Positions 55,181-64,000 of a DNA stretch of 64,000 nt are shown in pieces. The stretch covers positions 1,818 through 65,817 of the forward strand of contig JBJKPN010000183.1 of assembly GCA_046706365.1 (NCBI GenBank). Reading direction: 5' to 3'. Under the pieces are notes generated by a model. It was not told the origin of the DNA and searched no databases. It saw only the letters and a program-made list of their open reading frames with translations. This DNA is from Candidatus Kryptoniota bacterium. Its GTDB lineage: Bacteria > Bacteroidota > Ignavibacteria > Kryptoniales > JAKASW01. How positions within the stretch are numbered: the first letter of the stretch is position 1; every line of letters starts with the position of its first letter. The position numbers were made by a program, and so were the translations under genes.

Positions 55181-56881
55181 ATGGAAGACAATAAAGAATC
55201 TGAGAATATCGAATCCGGCTCACAGAAAACTGAAAAACGTAATTTTATCCGCGACATTATCGACGATGACCTGAAAACGGGAAAGTATACCGAGGTGCAC
55301 ACCCGCTTCCCTCCCGAGCCGAACGGCTACCTCCATATCGGCCATGCCAAATCGATATGCCTCAACTTCGGCACCGCGAAAGATTATGACGGTCTTTGCA
55401 ACCTTCGGTTCGACGATACGAACCCGACCAAAGAAGATGTCGAATATGTCGATTCCATACGGGAAGACATCCGGTGGCTCGGCTTCGACTGGGGAGACAG
55501 GAAGTTCTATGCATCGGAAAATTTCGATCGGCTCTTCGATTATGCAAAAGTAATGATACAAAAAGGGAAGGCGTACGTCGACGACCTCGACGCCGAACAG
55601 ACACGCCAATACCGCGGAACACTGACGGAGCCCGGAAAGAACAGCCCGTACCGCGACCGGACGGTGGATGAGAACCTCGACCTCTTCGACAGAATGCGCA
55701 AAGGTGAATTCCCGGACGGCTCGAAGACGCTCAGGGCCAAAATCGATATGGCATCTCCGAACATCAACTTGCGCGACCCGGTAATGTACAGAATCCTCCA
55801 CTCAACCCACCACAGGACCGGCGACAAATGGTGCATTTACCCGACATACGACTGGGCGCATGGCCAGTCGGATTCCATCGAGGGGATCACCCATTCGATC
55901 TGCACGCTGGAATTCGAAGACCATCGCCCGCTATACAACTGGTTCGTCGAGCAGCTCGGCATCCATCATCCGCGCCAGATAGAGTTCGCGCGGCTTAACC
56001 TTACTTACACCGTGATGAGCAAGCGCAGACTTCTGCAGCTCGTGCAGGAAGAGCGCGTGAGCGGCTGGAACGACCCTCGAATGCCCACCATTTCCGGCCT
56101 GCGGCGCCGCGGCTACACCCCGGAATCGATACGACTGTTCGCCGACCGCATAGGCGTATCCAAGGCGGACAGCACGATAGATGTATCTGTGCTGGAAGAC
56201 TGCCTCAGGACCGACCTGAATCAAAGGGCCGCGCGCGTAATGGCGGTACTTCACCCGGTAAGACTGGTCATCGAAAATTATCCCGATGGGCAGGTGGAGG
56301 AGCTTGAAGCGGTGAACAATCCGGAAGATGCTTCGATGGGAACCCGGAAAATTCCGTTCTCGAAGGTGCTCTACATCGAGCAGGACGATTTCAGGGAAGA
56401 CCCGCCGAAAAAGTATTTCCGCCTCTCACCCGGCGCGGAGGTGAGGCTTAGGTACGCTTACATTATCAAGTGCACCGGAGTCGTGAAGAATCCACAGACG
56501 GGAGAGATACTCGAGATTAAATGCACATACGATCCGGAGACGAAGAGCGGTTCACCGGCAAGCTCCAGGAAAGTGAAAGGAACCATACACTGGGTCTCGG
56601 CACCGCACGCCCTTGATGCGCAGGCGAGGGTGTACGACAGGCTTTTCAATGTCCCCGACCCGGGCGGCGAAAACTGGAAGGACCAGCTCAACCCGACCTC
56701 GCTCGAGATCGTCAACGGGTGCAGAGTCGAGCCGTCGCTCGCATCTGCGAAGCCGCAGGACAGGTTCCAGTTCGAGCGGCTCGGATACTACTGCGTAGAC
56801 AACGACTCCAAACCCGGCAGCCTTGTCTTCAACCGCACAGTCACCCTCCGTGACACATGGGCGAAGATAGAAAGTAAGTAG
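55181..56881 (+). CDS. glnS: glutamine--tRNA ligase
   Basis: '[14 protein letters not shown]' and 'VMSKRRL' motifs, plus the GlnRS-type C-terminal anticodon-binding domain. Confidence 0.95.
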   Translation: MEDNKESENIESGSQKTEKRNFIRDIIDDDLKTGKYTEVHTRFPPEPNGYLHIGHAKSICLNFGTAKDYDGLCNLRFDDTNPTKEDVEYVDSIREDIRWLGFDWGDRKFYASENFDRLFDYAKVMIQKGKAYVDDLDAEQTRQYRGTLTEPGKNSPYRDRTVDENLDLFDRMRKGEFPDGSKTLRAKIDMASPNINLRDPVMYRILHSTHHRTGDKWCIYPTYDWAHGQSDSIEGITHSICTLEFEDHRPLYNWFVEQLGIHHPRQIEFARLNLTYTVMSKRRLLQLVQEERVSGWNDPRMPTISGLRRRGYTPESIRLFADRIGVSKADSTIDVSVLEDCLRTDLNQRAARVMAVLHPVRLVIENYPDGQVEELEAVNNPEDASMGTRKIPFSKVLYIEQDDFREDPPKKYFRLSPGAEVRLRYAYIIKCTGVVKNPQTGEILEIKCTYDPETKSGSPASSRKVKGTIHWVSAPHALDAQARVYDRLFNVPDPGGENWKDQLNPTSLEIVNGCRVEPSLASAKPQDRFQFERLGYYCVDNDSKPGSLVFNRTVTLRDTWAKIESK

Positions 56882-56965
56882 CAACACCTCTGCCGGTGAA
56901 CCTGTTTTTGTCGCGAAGGTCAAATTGCAAACCTCACAAATTCTGTCCAAAGAAAGCCGGAGTGT

Positions 56966-57910
56966 ATGATGAAGAATAGATTATTGCCCGTTGTAATGAT
57001 CGCCGTTCTGGGAATTTTCCTGTCGTCATGCGGGAAGAAACAAAACACGACCGCCGTCAAATACGTGATCGGCTTCTCGCAGTGCAACAGCGCGGAGCCG
57101 TGGCGCGAAGCGATGAACAAGCAAATCGAGGCGGAGGCGGCAAAGCATCCCGAGATAAAACTGCTGGTTTCGGACGCTCAACAAAGCAACGCCAGGCAGG
57201 TTGCGGACGTGGAGAATTTCATAGTGCGAGGTGTCAATCTTCTTATGATTTCCCCCAACGAGGCGCAGCCGCTTACTGCAATAGTGGGGAAAGCTTACGA
57301 CGCCGGAATACCGGTGATTGTAATAGACCGCAAAATACTCTCCGACAAGTACACATGTTTTATCGGTGCACACAATGAACAGATCGGAAAGGAAGCCGGC
57401 GAATATGCCGCAAAACTTCTGCACGGGAAGGGACGGGTCGTGGAAATCTGGGGACTGAAGGGTTCCACTCCTGCGATTGAAAGACACGACGGATTTATGG
57501 AAGGGATAAAAGACTATCCCGGAATAAAGATCATTTATTCGCAGGACGGAGCGTGGCTGCGTGAGAAGGGGAGGTCGATAATGGAGAATGCTCTCCAGCG
57601 GTTCGACAGGATAGACCTGGTGTTCGGACAGAACGATCCCATGGCCATGGGCGCCTACCTCTCGGCGAAGAACGTCGGCAGGGCAAAAGACATGTATTTT
57701 ATCGGGATCGACGGGCTTCCGGGTCCGGGCGGCGGAATTCAGGCCGTTGCCGACGGTGAGCTCAGCGCCACGTTCATTTATCCCACCGGCGGGAAAGTGG
57801 CTGTTCAAACCGCTCTCAAGATTCTCGAAGGCCAGAAAGTCCCCAAGGACATACCCCTTCCGTCCGCTGAGATTACTCCGCAGAATGCGAAGGAATATCT
57901 GTCACAGTAG
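56966..57910 (+). CDS. sugar ABC transporter substrate-binding lipoprotein (ribose/RbsB-like)
   Basis: Lipobox 'FLSSCG'. Periplasmic-binding-protein type I pattern 'VIGFSQCNSAEPWR...'. Confidence 0.8.
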   Translation: MMKNRLLPVVMIAVLGIFLSSCGKKQNTTAVKYVIGFSQCNSAEPWREAMNKQIEAEAAKHPEIKLLVSDAQQSNARQVADVENFIVRGVNLLMISPNEAQPLTAIVGKAYDAGIPVIVIDRKILSDKYTCFIGAHNEQIGKEAGEYAAKLLHGKGRVVEIWGLKGSTPAIERHDGFMEGIKDYPGIKIIYSQDGAWLREKGRSIMENALQRFDRIDLVFGQNDPMAMGAYLSAKNVGRAKDMYFIGIDGLPGPGGGIQAVADGELSATFIYPTGGKVAVQTALKILEGQKVPKDIPLPSAEITPQNAKEYLSQ

Positions 57911-58006
57911 AAGCAGAGCCGCTCGATTGCCATGTATATTACTCTCCATGTCCGATGACGTCATCCGAATCACAACAGTTGCATTCGAGCCATTGAGAAG
58001 AGCGCA

Positions 58007-59506
58007 GTGCTGAGGATTTCGGAAATCAGGAAATCGTTCTCGACCGTCGAAGTACTGCACGGTGTGTCTTTTGAAGTTGAGAAGGGTCTGGTGACGGCTC
58101 TTGTCGGGGAAAACGGGGCAGGCAAGTCGACGCTGATGAAGGTGTTGAGCGGAGTGCATTCCGACTACACCGGCGAGATTACGGTAGATGGCGAAGCCGT
58201 GCATTTCAAGAACCCCGGAGAAGCCAAGCAGTCAGGCGTCTCCATCATCCATCAGGAACTGAGTCTCATCCCTCACCTCACCGTCGCGGAGAATATCTTC
58301 ATCGGCAGAGAGCCGACGAGAGCCTTCGGCATCGTGGATTTTTCAAGGCTGTTTGCCGATGCGCGGACGATTCTCGATGAGTTCCAGTTTCCCTATCCCC
58401 CCAATACGCCGGTCAGGAACCTGAGCGTGGGTTGGCAGCAGATAGTCGAGGTCGCGCGTGCATTTTCTGCCGATGCAAAGATATTCATACTCGACGAACC
58501 CACATCCGCGCTTACTGAAAGTGAGATCGAGATACTCTTCGAAAAGATCCGAGTCCTGAAGAATCGAGGGAAGGTCATCATTTTTATTTCTCACAGGCTT
58601 GAAGAAATCTACAATATAGCTGACGAGGTCGTCGTGCTGCGCGACGGCCGGTTCGTCGGGAAATATCCAACAGGGGAAATAACGCGAAGTGAACTCATAG
58701 CAAAAATGGTCGGCAGGACAATCGGCGATTCGAAAGAATCGGAGCCGCATGTCGGCGAGGAAATGGTGCTCAAAATAGAAGGGCTGGAAATAACCGACGG
58801 TGCCGGCGTGACGTTGTCGGACATTAATTTCGACCTGAGAGAGGGAGAGGTTCTGGGGCTCGCCGGTCTTCTCGGTTCCGGTAAGAGCGAGCTTCTGAAA
58901 TTCCTCTACGGCGGGACCATTCCCGGGTACAGGGGAACAATCTATCTCCGTGGAAAAGAATATATTCCCAGATCCGCGTCGAAATCCCTGGAGGCAGGAA
59001 TCTTCTACTTATCCAAAGACAGGAAAGGAGAAGGCGTGTTCGCCGGTCTCGACGTGACAAAGAACTGCAGCATGTCTGTTCTTTCTGATTTTGCGCATTA
59101 TGGCTTCCTGGATGAAAAGGCCGAAGCCGCTGCTGTCCATGACCAGGTTTCCTCATTGAACGTGAAGCTCTCATCATACCGGCAGTCGATACGGGAATTG
59201 AGCGGCGGCAACCAGCAGAAAGTACTTCTCGGTAGAGGTCTCCTTCACCGGCCCAGGCTCCTCCTCCTTGATGAGCCGACAAGGGGTATTGACGTCGGGG
59301 CAAAGGCCGAGATTTATCATCTGATAGACCGGCTCAGCGCGTCCGGGATTTCCTTCATCGTAAGTTCATCGGAGATACCCGAGCTGTTGAGAATCTGCAA
59401 CCGGATTCTTGTGCTTCACAACGGAAGAGGCGCGGCACTGTTGAATGTCGGCGAGACTGACGCACATGAAATATTACATTATGCCTTTGGTGAGGATCAG
59501 GAATGA
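58007..59506 (+). CDS. sugar ABC transporter ATP-binding protein (duplicated ABC domains, RbsA-like)
   Basis: 'GENGAGKST', 'LSVGWQQ' and 'ILDEPT' in the first half. 'LSGGNQQK' and 'LLDEPTRGID' in the second half. GTG start. Confidence 0.9.
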   Translation: MLRISEIRKSFSTVEVLHGVSFEVEKGLVTALVGENGAGKSTLMKVLSGVHSDYTGEITVDGEAVHFKNPGEAKQSGVSIIHQELSLIPHLTVAENIFIGREPTRAFGIVDFSRLFADARTILDEFQFPYPPNTPVRNLSVGWQQIVEVARAFSADAKIFILDEPTSALTESEIEILFEKIRVLKNRGKVIIFISHRLEEIYNIADEVVVLRDGRFVGKYPTGEITRSELIAKMVGRTIGDSKESEPHVGEEMVLKIEGLEITDGAGVTLSDINFDLREGEVLGLAGLLGSGKSELLKFLYGGTIPGYRGTIYLRGKEYIPRSASKSLEAGIFYLSKDRKGEGVFAGLDVTKNCSMSVLSDFAHYGFLDEKAEAAAVHDQVSSLNVKLSSYRQSIRELSGGNQQKVLLGRGLLHRPRLLLLDEPTRGIDVGAKAEIYHLIDRLSASGISFIVSSSEIPELLRICNRILVLHNGRGAALLNVGETDAHEILHYAFGEDQE

Positions 59507-60543
59507 ATAAAGCTTACGGTTTGAAACTGTCCGATAGACAATGGGTGAAGCCCGTATTCGGTGTCCTGCTCATCTTCGCGATGTGCGTCGTCTTCTCCCC
59601 GACGAACATGCGGGGAGATCTTGTTTTTCTGAAATTTGAAAACCTGACAAACATACTGCGGCAGGTTTCGGAGAACGGAATAATCTCCGTCGGCATGACT
59701 TACGTAATCATCGCCGCAGGGATCGACCTCTCTGTCGGGTCGGTTCTCGCCCTTAGCGCTACGATCACCGCTTTCGGCATGATGGACTGGCGGTTCGGTT
59801 TCTTCCCGACGATAGCGATTGCCCTGGCAGTCAGCGCCTTTGCCGGATTTCTCAACGGAGCGATTACTTCCTGGGGGAAGATACAGTCGTTCATAGTCAC
59901 CCTGGCGATGATGACCGCCGCGAGGGGGTTTGCGCTCTTCATTTCCAACAACAATTCGCAGGACATCGGGTTCGGTCCCGGCGGGGCTCCCGCCATTTTT
60001 GCCGTGTTCTCCACGAGCTACTGGGGAATACCTTTTCCGGTCTTCCTCTTTGTCGGTGTCACGGTGATCTTCCTGTTCGTCCTGAAAAAAACGAAGTTCG
60101 GCAGGTACGTTTACGCAATCGGGAGCAACGAAGAAGCTGCGGTGCTTGCAGGCCTGAAAGTGAAATGGATCAGGACCTACACTTTCATACTTGCCGGAGC
60201 CCTCTCCGGGCTGGCGGGAATAATTCACGCGGGACAGCTGTTGCAGGGAAATCCTAACGACGGTGTCGGATTTGAGCTCGATGCGATCGCAGCGGTGGTC
60301 ATCGGCGGGACGAGCCTGATGGGAGGAAAAGGAACGCTTGAAGGTACTTTCGCGGGTGTGCTCATCATCGGGCTGCTGAGCAACATACTGGGTTTGCACG
60401 GAATACAGAAGGATTTCCAGCTGATGCTGAAGGGGGCGATCATAGTTGCGGCCGTATTCCTGCAGGAAGGCGGTCTTAACTTCTCCCCGGTGAAGTCCAT
60501 GATCCAAAACAGGTTCATGCGGGGCGGCAGAGATAATCGGTAA
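59503..60543 (+). CDS. sugar ABC transporter permease (RbsC-like)
   Basis: Polytopic protein with 'GIDLSVGS' and 'GGTSLMGGKG' motifs. ATGA overlap with the ATPase gene. Confidence 0.85.
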   Translation: MNKAYGLKLSDRQWVKPVFGVLLIFAMCVVFSPTNMRGDLVFLKFENLTNILRQVSENGIISVGMTYVIIAAGIDLSVGSVLALSATITAFGMMDWRFGFFPTIAIALAVSAFAGFLNGAITSWGKIQSFIVTLAMMTAARGFALFISNNNSQDIGFGPGGAPAIFAVFSTSYWGIPFPVFLFVGVTVIFLFVLKKTKFGRYVYAIGSNEEAAVLAGLKVKWIRTYTFILAGALSGLAGIIHAGQLLQGNPNDGVGFELDAIAAVVIGGTSLMGGKGTLEGTFAGVLIIGLLSNILGLHGIQKDFQLMLKGAIIVAAVFLQEGGLNFSPVKSMIQNRFMRGGRDNR

Positions 60544-60882
60544 TCAGTGCCCTTGTTGGGGGGCGCTGCTCGGTTGTGCATCCTGGATAGCCGGTTGGTG
60601 AACGCACCGCAGCTCCGATGAGTCCCGCTTATCAGCGAAATTACCCCGCCTACGGAATAATGACACGTGCCCCGGCACTTGTTCTCACCCTCCACATTGC
60701 GGTGTAGATTTTGACCTGAGTACGCAATTGACACGCGTGCGGCATTGCTAATTTCGGCCAAAGCAACCCGCTTTCAATGTCCTTCTCCTTTCTTCTGTCG
60801 TTGTATATCCTCCTCCACGGCATACTCGTTGAACATACATTCTCCGGATTAGAATTTGAAGACTCATTTCAGGAGAACGAAA

Positions 60883-61296
60883 ATGCATATTCAGGAAGGG
60901 AATTCAAGAAGTTCACGGATACGATTGAGCATTTTTGGAGCAATTGCCGTCGGCCTTTTTTTCACATTCGAGCTCATATCGACGGGCGGGCAGAGGCTTA
61001 TCCCGGGCGCTCCACTGACGCCGGATAAGATGTACACTCTAAACATTAGCGGCACGGCAGGGACGAGATTCTGCGGAGAGATTACGATCAAGACTGCGGA
61101 TGGCAAAGTCAAGCAACGAGATATCGACGGGATCGTGCCCGCCTCGTTTGAAGTGATGGGAAAATCGGTCGACGTCACGTTCAGAAAATGTGAAGAGGGC
61201 GGCCAGCTAAATGTCGCCCTTGCAAGTTATGACGAGCCCACGCAGCAGGGGAATACGGCGGAACGCTACGGTACGGTCAAACTTAGTATGAATTAA
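60883..61296 (+). CDS. hypothetical membrane-anchored small protein
   Basis: AGGAGA RBS 6 nt before ATG 60883. One N-terminal TM helix 'LSIFGAIAVGLFFTFELI'. No recognisable motif. Confidence 0.35.
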   Translation: MHIQEGNSRSSRIRLSIFGAIAVGLFFTFELISTGGQRLIPGAPLTPDKMYTLNISGTAGTRFCGEITIKTADGKVKQRDIDGIVPASFEVMGKSVDVTFRKCEEGGQLNVALASYDEPTQQGNTAERYGTVKLSMN

Positions 61297-61623
61297 TATC
61301 CCCATCTGTGCGGAAGCGGGCAATCGGTTCGGCTTCAGCATTGACCAGGTTGGCGGGCCGCGGGAGACTTGGGGCGAAGAAATTCGGGCCACCCTGATTC
61401 TTGTCTCCCGCATCGATTTTCGGCGTAACGGATTTGAATCCCCCGCACCGCCATGACCTTCGCAAAAAGCAGAGCAACCGGTTCCCACCTCCGTTTCGCC
61501 CTATGCACCGCCCCCAATTTGTCTTTCCTTTATCCCATTATTGTATTAAGATGGGGGGTCAGGCAGCGGCTGATAGATCGAGCCATTAAGCAACGGGTCG
61601 AAAACAAGAAGTCGGGGGGCGTC

Positions 61624-63168
61624 ATGCTTTCGCACGTCATGAGCGCGGCTACTTACGGAGTCAATGCATTCATAGTCGACATCGAAACAAACGTCGGCGG
61701 CGGAATCTTCAACTGGTGGATGGTGGGACTCCCTGACAACGCCGTCAAAGAGAGCAAGGAGCGGGTGCTGACCGCGATAAAAAACTCGGACCTCAGGTAC
61801 CCAAACCACCAGATCACAATCAACCTAGCACCTGCGGATATCAAGAAGGAGGGGAGCGCCTTTGACCTACCCATCGCAGTCTGCGTGCTCGCGGCAGGCG
61901 GCTCGATAGATACTTCCGATCTCGGCAAGTTTATCGTCCTCGGCGAGCTTGCCCTGGACGGCTGTGTCAGACCGGTCCACGGCGTGCTCCCGATTGCGGT
62001 CGAGGCGAGGGAACGTGGAATAGAGGCGATGGTGGTTCCGAAGGGGAATGCGAAGGAGGCGGCGATGGTCGAGGGAGTCAGCGTATATCCCGTCGAGAAC
62101 CTCGCGGAGGCCGTCCAGCTGCTTGGCGGCGAGTACAGGCTTCTCGAGCCCTTCCGGGTTAACAAGGAAGAGCTGTTCGGGCAGACACAATCTTACCAGA
62201 TCGACTTTGCCGACGTGAAGGGCCAGGAGAATGTCAAGCGCGCTCTGGAGGTCGCGGCGGCCGGCGGACACAACGTCATAATGATTGGCCCGCCGGGAAG
62301 CGGAAAGACTATGCTGGCCAAAAGGCTCCCTACGATCTTGCCCGATATGAGCTTCGAGGAGGCAATCGAAACGACGAAGATACATTCCGTCGCCGGACTG
62401 TTGCCGGTCGACGCGGGACTCATCGCGACTCGTCCTTTCCGTTCGCCTCACCACACCATCTCCGACAGTGCCCTTGTCGGCGGAGGGACCATACCCAAGC
62501 CTGGCGAGATATCGCTCGCTCACCACGGAGTCCTCTTCTTGGACGAGCTTCCGGAGTTCGAGCGGAGCGTGCTCGAAGTTCTCCGCCAGCCGCTGGAAGA
62601 CGGGCACGTTACGATCAGCCGGACGAGACTCTCTCTCGACTACCCTTCTAAATTCATGCTCCTCGCGGCGATGAACCCATGTCCCTGTGGAAACTACGGC
62701 AACCCGAACGGGACCTGCTCGTGCACGCAGACGCAGATACAGAGATACATGTCGAGAATAAGCGGACCGCTGCTCGACAGGATAGACATACACGTGGAGG
62801 TGCCGGCGGTGAAATACGCTGAGCTTTCGAGCAAGAGGTCCGGTGAGCCTTCGTCTGCGGTGAGGTCGCGCGTGATGGTGGCGCGTGAAGTACAGCGCGA
62901 GCGGTTCAAAGGGAGGAAGGGCCTCTTCAAGAATGCGGACATGGAGAGCAAGGAGATAAGGGAGTTCTGTCAGCCCGACAAAGCGGGAGAAGACCTCCTG
63001 AAGCAGGCGATAACAAAACTTGGGTTGAGCGCGCGTGCATACGATAGGATACTCAAGGTCGCGAGGACTATAGCCGACCTCGCGGACAGCGGCGAGATAA
63101 TGCCTGAGCACATAGCGGAGGCGATACAGTACCGGACTTTGGATAGGCAGCTGTACCTCGAAGTATAG
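61624..63168 (+). CDS. comM: YifB/ComM-family Mg-chelatase-like AAA+ ATPase
   Basis: N-terminal Lon-protease-like domain '[14 protein letters not shown]', Walker A 'GPPGSGKTM', '[11 protein letters not shown]'. Start set at ATG 61624. Confidence 0.9.
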   Translation: MLSHVMSAATYGVNAFIVDIETNVGGGIFNWWMVGLPDNAVKESKERVLTAIKNSDLRYPNHQITINLAPADIKKEGSAFDLPIAVCVLAAGGSIDTSDLGKFIVLGELALDGCVRPVHGVLPIAVEARERGIEAMVVPKGNAKEAAMVEGVSVYPVENLAEAVQLLGGEYRLLEPFRVNKEELFGQTQSYQIDFADVKGQENVKRALEVAAAGGHNVIMIGPPGSGKTMLAKRLPTILPDMSFEEAIETTKIHSVAGLLPVDAGLIATRPFRSPHHTISDSALVGGGTIPKPGEISLAHHGVLFLDELPEFERSVLEVLRQPLEDGHVTISRTRLSLDYPSKFMLLAAMNPCPCGNYGNPNGTCSCTQTQIQRYMSRISGPLLDRIDIHVEVPAVKYAELSSKRSGEPSSAVRSRVMVAREVQRERFKGRKGLFKNADMESKEIREFCQPDKAGEDLLKQAITKLGLSARAYDRILKVARTIADLADSGEIMPEHIAEAIQYRTLDRQLYLEV

Positions 63169-63583
63169 AGCGGCAGGTAGCAGGTAGAACGCAGTAAGTA
63201 GTATGCGCTCCCCTGATTTGACACACTCTCTTGCTCAAAGGCAGCTCTGCTCCCGGTCCGTCCGGCTCAGCGTAATCTCCCCGGATGTTTCCTACCTGCT
63301 ACTTCTTTCATCCTGACCGCTGTTTCTTCTCAACCTCTGCCTCCGCGGATTATGACTTCTTTACCTCCCTGACGTCAAGACCGCACGGTTGGTGTATCGA
63401 AAGCGAACAGGCCAAGGTACGCCCCTATCTAAGCTTGCAAATCGGGGGCATTGTCGATACCTTTTGAGGCCAACACGAGGCACGGAGATTGCACCTGAGA
63501 GTGGAGGCCATTAGCTGCAAACAGCACTAACGGATTCAATGCGGATAAAATGTCGGATTACGTGAAATGGGATTCAGGAGAAC

Positions 63584-63847
63584 ATGACTATGGGGATACG
63601 ATCACGATCACCACGGCATCTCGCGCAAACAGGCCATGAACTGACCAGCACGGAAACGGATATCGTCCGGCTTCTCGCGAGAGGGTTACAGCGTAAAGAA
63701 ATCTCGGCGGAATTAAACATGAGTCTGAGCACTGTGAAGACCCATCTTGAGAGTACATACAGGAAACTCGGAGTTCATAACCAGGCCGGGGCAGTGGCAT
63801 GGTTGTTATCCGATACAGATGGCGGCGAAGGCCCCCTGGCGGAATAA
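63584..63847 (+). CDS. stand-alone LuxR/GerE-type HTH transcriptional regulator
   Basis: 'LTSTETDIVRLLARGLQRKEISAELNMSLSTVKTHLESTYRKLGV' is a canonical GerE HTH. No receiver or sensor domain. Confidence 0.7.
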   Translation: MTMGIRSRSPRHLAQTGHELTSTETDIVRLLARGLQRKEISAELNMSLSTVKTHLESTYRKLGVHNQAGAVAWLLSDTDGGEGPLAE

Positions 63848-64000
63848 CAGGCTCAAGAGGAACAGCATCGGCCATTTGGCCGATTGCGCGGTGAGCCTGG
63901 GTTATGTAGATTCAGTTAATCGGATTGCAGGACGCTTGTCTCGTCCACTTTTTGGATTGAAGATTCCGGAGAACCACGGAAATGCCGACGGAGAAGGGAG

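Noticed and set aside
59497-60507. 336-aa ORF on the minus strand
   Set aside because: Antisense to the RbsC-like permease. The translation is highly charged and Arg/Asp/Glu-rich with no motif. Shadow ORF.
61430-61453. tRNA/tmRNA-like 3' end 'ggatttgaatcccccgcaccgcca'
   Set aside because: I could not build a T-arm, an acceptor stem or any cloverleaf or tmRNA fold on either strand. The resemblance is limited to a TTGAATCC-like string and a chance CCA.
61867-63111. 414-aa ORF on the minus strand
   Set aside because: Antisense to comM, which has Walker A and YifB motifs on the plus strand. The sequence is Arg-rich and low-information. Shadow ORF.
63169-63583. 11-bp inverted repeat 'gtagcaggtag'/'ctacctgctac' about 110 bp apart, downstream of comM
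   Set aside because: The arms are short and the loop very long. There is no U-run and no similarity to known RNA families. Most likely chance or weak structure in the luxR-type gene's upstream region.

Overview
Densely coding chromosomal window of about 50 CDS on both strands, with many 4-nt ATGA start/stop overlaps. It probably comes from an uncultivated FCB-superphylum bacterium. The evidence for that placement is a T9SS C-terminal sorting domain on an S8 protease, a GWxTD protein, two YpdA-type flavoprotein reductases, GlnRS and GH57. This taxonomic call is inference only. Most genes are housekeeping or envelope/sensing functions: nadE, rsmI, rimO, rlmN, adk, gltX, glnS, comM, and metY-metX behind a clear SAM-I riboswitch. 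Also present are a ribose-type ABC importer, an ABC-2 exporter, a GH18/ChbG/GH130-like glycan cluster and a myo-inositol-phosphate synthase next to a CDP-alcohol phosphatidyltransferase. Regulators include two ECF sigma modules, three PAS histidine kinases (two of them >1300 aa paralogous hybrids) and a sigma54 activator. RNA genes are one tRNA-Thr(CGU) and one candidate 4.5S/SRP-like hairpin RNA. I saw no CRISPR array, transposase, integrase, phage genes or recognisable defence system. I cannot point to a proven novel system. The best candidates for undescribed biology are listed here. (1) An insertion-bearing YpdA paralog followed by an internally duplicated Cys/His-motif protein of unknown family, beside a 542-bp non-coding gap and the tRNA. 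(2) An ECF sigma/anti-sigma operon ending in a secreted protein with eight 'MAxxDSx' heptads. (3) An ECF sigma paired with a secreted toast-rack-like protein instead of a classical anti-sigma. (4) A divergent pair of a nucleoside-deoxyribosyltransferase-like protein and a zinc-ribbon membrane protein. All functional calls rest on motifs read by eye. No database search was run.
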